Below the pieces are notes generated by a model. It was not told the origin of the DNA. It searched no databases and saw only the letters and a program-made list of their open reading frames with translations. A DNA stretch of 61,663 nt, filler included. It is 6 parts of 6 records of this genome, joined end to end, with 100 filler letters (N's around TTAATTAATTAA, not from the genome) between each part and the next. Parts side by side here need not be neighbours in the genome. Positions count along the whole stretch, not along the records: positions 53,975 to 61,663 come from SRR20825010_5294; 5 more parts are not named here. The stretch is one strand, 5' to 3'. Below, piece by piece: positions 59,045 through 61,663 of this stretch. Numbering within the stretch: position 1 is the first letter of the stretch; every line of letters begins with the position of its first letter. A program made the translations under genes and the position numbers.

Positions 59045-60541
59045 TTAAAAGAAAATCGAGGCCAGGCCCAGGAAAATGAAGAAGCCCATGCTGTCAGTGG
59101 TGAAAGTAAGCAACACCGAGGAACCCATGGCAGGGTCGCGGCCCATTTTTTCAAGGCCCAAGGGCACCATGACGCCAATCAGTGAACCCACCAACAGGTT
59201 CAGCATCACGGCCAGCGTCATCAGCAACCCCAGCATCACCGCATTCGGGGTGCCGTAATACAGGCCCCACGCGGCCAGGCCGGCAAGGCTGCCCCACACC
59301 AGGCCGTTCAGGCCGGCAATGGCCAGTTCTTTTTTCAGCAGCAGCTTGAAGTTCGCTGCCGTAACCTGTCCCAGCGCCAGCGAGCGGATCATCAGGGTCA
59401 TGGTCTGGTTGCCCGAATTACCGGCAATGCCCGCCACGATGGGCATCAGCGTTGCCAAGGCCACTACCTTGGCAATGGTGCCTTCAAAGGTGTCGATCAC
59501 GCGGCTGGCAAAAAATGCGGTGCACAGGTTCAAACCCAGCCACAGCCAGCGGTTTTTTGCCGATTCCCACACCGACGCAAACAGATCTTCTTCCTCGCGC
59601 AAACCCGCGCTGGAAAGCAAATCTGCTTCGCTTTCTTCACGGATCACGTCCACCACCTCGTTCACGGTGAGGCGGCCAATCAGCTTGCCGGAAGGATCCA
59701 GCACGGGGGCGGAAACCAGGTCATAACGCTCGAAGGCCTGTGCTGCTTCGTAGGCGTCGTCGAGTGCCGACAGCATCAGCACTTCACGGCTCATTACTTC
59801 TGAAACCAGTGTTTCAGGTTCATTCACCAACAAACGATCCAAAGGCAAACTGCCCTTGAAGTGGTCCACACGGTCAACCACAAACACCTGGTCAGTTTGT
59901 TCAGGCAGTTCATCAAAGCGGCGCAAATAACGCAACACCACTTCCAGGGTCACATCGTCGCGAATGGTCACCATGTCGAAGTCCATGCGCGCACCCACGG
60001 TGTCTTCGGGGTAGCTCATGGCGGCGCGCAGTTGTTCGCGCTCCTCAAGGCTTAAGCCGCTGGCCAGCTTTTCCACCACATCGCGTGGCAGGTCGGGGGC
60101 CAGTTCCGCAATTTCATCGGCATCGAGCGATTCCGTGGCAGCAAACAATTCCTCGCTGTCCATGGACTTGATCAGGGTTTCGCGAACTGCGTCGCTCAAT
60201 TCAAGCAGAATGTCGCCGTCACGGTCTGAGCGAACCAAGCCCCACACCAACATGCGGTCTTCTTGCGGAAGGCTTTCCAGCACATAAGCCACATCGGCGG
60301 GGTGAAGCAGGTACAGCTTGTTGCCAAGTTCGGTCAGGTGCTGGCGGTGCACCAGCTCTTCCACCAGGCTTTGGCGCTCGGGGTTGACTGTGGTTTGCTG
60401 GTTGTGAACAACACTCTCGATTACTTTTTGTTTGCGCAACAAGGCCTGCACTTCGGCCAAAGCCCGCTGTGCATCATCGAGATCATGAGGCAGCTCGACT
60501 GCTGGCTCCTGATCGTTGTAATCGATGTTTTGTTCGCTCAA
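59045..60541 (-). CDS. mgtE: Magnesium transporter MgtE
   Basis: LHPADVA, YPEDTVG, CBS pair, R..WL, MPIVAGIAGNSGNQ and DPA.GS....TTDSMG; TTG start. Confidence 0.95.
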   Translation of the reverse strand: MSEQNIDYNDQEPAVELPHDLDDAQRALAEVQALLRKQKVIESVVHNQQTTVNPERQSLVEELVHRQHLTELGNKLYLLHPADVAYVLESLPQEDRMLVWGLVRSDRDGDILLELSDAVRETLIKSMDSEELFAATESLDADEIAELAPDLPRDVVEKLASGLSLEEREQLRAAMSYPEDTVGARMDFDMVTIRDDVTLEVVLRYLRRFDELPEQTDQVFVVDRVDHFKGSLPLDRLLVNEPETLVSEVMSREVLMLSALDDAYEAAQAFERYDLVSAPVLDPSGKLIGRLTVNEVVDVIREESEADLLSSAGLREEEDLFASVWESAKNRWLWLGLNLCTAFFASRVIDTFEGTIAKVVALATLMPIVAGIAGNSGNQTMTLMIRSLALGQVTAANFKLLLKKELAIAGLNGLVWGSLAGLAAWGLYYGTPNAVMLGLLMTLAVMLNLLVGSLIGVMVPLGLEKMGRDPAMGSSVLLTFTTDSMGFFIFLGLASIFF

Positions 60542-60565
60542 AACAAAGTCCTGAATAAGTTGTGT

Positions 60566-61663
60566 TTACAAAAATTGAAACGCAACAACCGCCACCAAAG
60601 TTGGCCCCAAAGCGGCGACAAGCAATTTGCCAGCGTTAATGGAACCATCATTGAAATACTTTTGCAGAATTGCAAAGCCTGCCGGGTTGGGCGCGTTCGC
60701 GATCACGGTTAAACCACCGCCGGTTACCGCACCAGCCACCAGGGCGTATTTAAACTGGTCGTCTACACCTTCCACCAGCGAACCCAAATAAGTCAATGCC
60801 GCATTGTCGGTAATTGCTGTCAATGCTGTGGCGCCGTAGTACAGGGCTGTGGGGCTCATGCCCTTCAATACATCTTGCAGCCACCACGCCTGCATACCGC
60901 CCAGCACCACCAAACCTGCCAGGAAGAAGGCCACCATCAGGCCTTCTTTCAAAATCAGTTTGTCCTGGTACTGGCTGTAAGCACTGGTGTAACCCAAAAA
61001 GAACAGAAACAAACCCATGAACACCGCAGGGTGGTGCGCAAACACCACCACGCCCACCAAAAACAGCAAGTGGGTGACAATTACCCACACCGGCATGTTT
61101 TCTTTGGGGCCATTTTCGGAAGGCTTTTTCATGGCCGTTAATTCTTTGGTGAACAGGAAGGTCAGCGCCGTTGCATTCACAAACACTGCGATGGCCGCTT
61201 TCCAGCCAAACATGGTCAGCATGTATTGAATGTCGAAGCCCCACTTTGCAGCCACCATCAGCACAGGCGGTGCAGCAAACGGGGTCAGCGTTCCACCGAT
61301 TGAAATGTTCACAAACAGCACGCCGAGTGTGCCGTACATCAGTTTGTTGCTGATGCCCTGGGTATAAAAACGGTCGCGCAACAAAAAGGCGGCCAGGGTC
61401 ATGGCTGCCGGCTCGGTAATGAAGGAACCCAACAGCGGCACTATCGACAAGGTGGTAAAGAAATACGCCACTTGCCGGTCAATGGGGATAAGCGAAGCCA
61501 CCACACGCACAATGCGCCCAGCCAACACCAGGATTGGCTTGCTGGCGGCAATGACCATGATGGCAAACACAAACAGCGGTTCAGTGTAGTTTCGCGTGTC
61601 AACATATGCAATGGCGTCGGTTTGGCCAATCACGAAGAACATGAACACCACCAGCACCATGGC
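60566..61663 (-). CDS. Putative Na+/H+ antiporter (DUF1504-like); 5' end outside the window
   Basis: TEPLFVF, GSFITEPAAMT, NISIGGTLTPFAAPPVLMVA, TDNAALTYL and GGGLTVIANAPNPAG. Confidence 0.85.
   Translation of the reverse strand, partial: AMVLVVFMFFVIGQTDAIAYVDTRNYTEPLFVFAIMVIAASKPILVLAGRIVRVVASLIPIDRQVAYFFTTLSIVPLLGSFITEPAAMTLAAFLLRDRFYTQGISNKLMYGTLGVLFVNISIGGTLTPFAAPPVLMVAAKWGFDIQYMLTMFGWKAAIAVFVNATALTFLFTKELTAMKKPSENGPKENMPVWVIVTHLLFLVGVVVFAHHPAVFMGLFLFFLGYTSAYSQYQDKLILKEGLMVAFFLAGLVVLGGMQAWWLQDVLKGMSPTALYYGATALTAITDNAALTYLGSLVEGVDDQFKYALVAGAVTGGGLTVIANAPNPAGFAILQKYFNDGSINAGKLLVAALGPTLVAVVAFQFL

Overview
This window is not one locus. It holds six unrelated contigs joined by five identical artificial 100-nt spacers (44 N + TTAATTAATTAA + 44 N), so synteny only counts within a segment. 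Taxonomic labels below are inferred from composition and protein style. (1) 1-8485, alphaproteobacterial: GabD-type aldehyde dehydrogenase, alkylglycerol-monooxygenase-like desaturase, acyl-CoA ligase, NADP oxidoreductase, K+/H+ antiporter and prfC. (2) 8586-20838, AT-rich Flavobacteriaceae-like: an atypical periplasmic nitrate reductase operon (napD-like, napA, two tetraheme cytochromes c, and a DsrO/NrfC-like Fe-S plus DsrP/NrfD-like membrane pair, with no napC/napGH), followed by nadA-nadB-DGC. The nap and nad promoters share the same Fnr-like-box/-7 geometry. (3) 20939-25764, alphaproteobacterial: TRAP transporter, acyl-CoA dehydrogenase and CoA-transferase. (4) 25865-50596, Alcanivorax-like: PPi-type Pfk, then an amide-utilisation cluster (transporter-fused hybrid histidine kinase, LuxR-type response regulator, urtABCDE, amiE-amiB, amiF, fmdA-fmdB) carrying three copies of a TACGTCA-N2-TGACGTA-like palindrome. 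After it come a variant lipase/foldase/AraC block, mpl, ubiX, a ZIP transporter and tonB-exbD. (5) 50697-53874, rhizobial: pth, YHS protein, SDR and AraC. (6) 53975-61663, betaproteobacterial (Limnobacter-like): glyA-nrdR-ribD-ribE, DUF3047, a fused TIGR04283/TIGR04282-type transferase, mgtE and a putative Na+/H+ antiporter. I saw no rRNA, tRNA, CRISPR array or transposase. The best candidates for under-described systems are the Nap-DsrOP-like module with its co-regulated nadAB, the transporter-kinase amide regulon with its operator, and the orphan fused transferase next to DUF3047.
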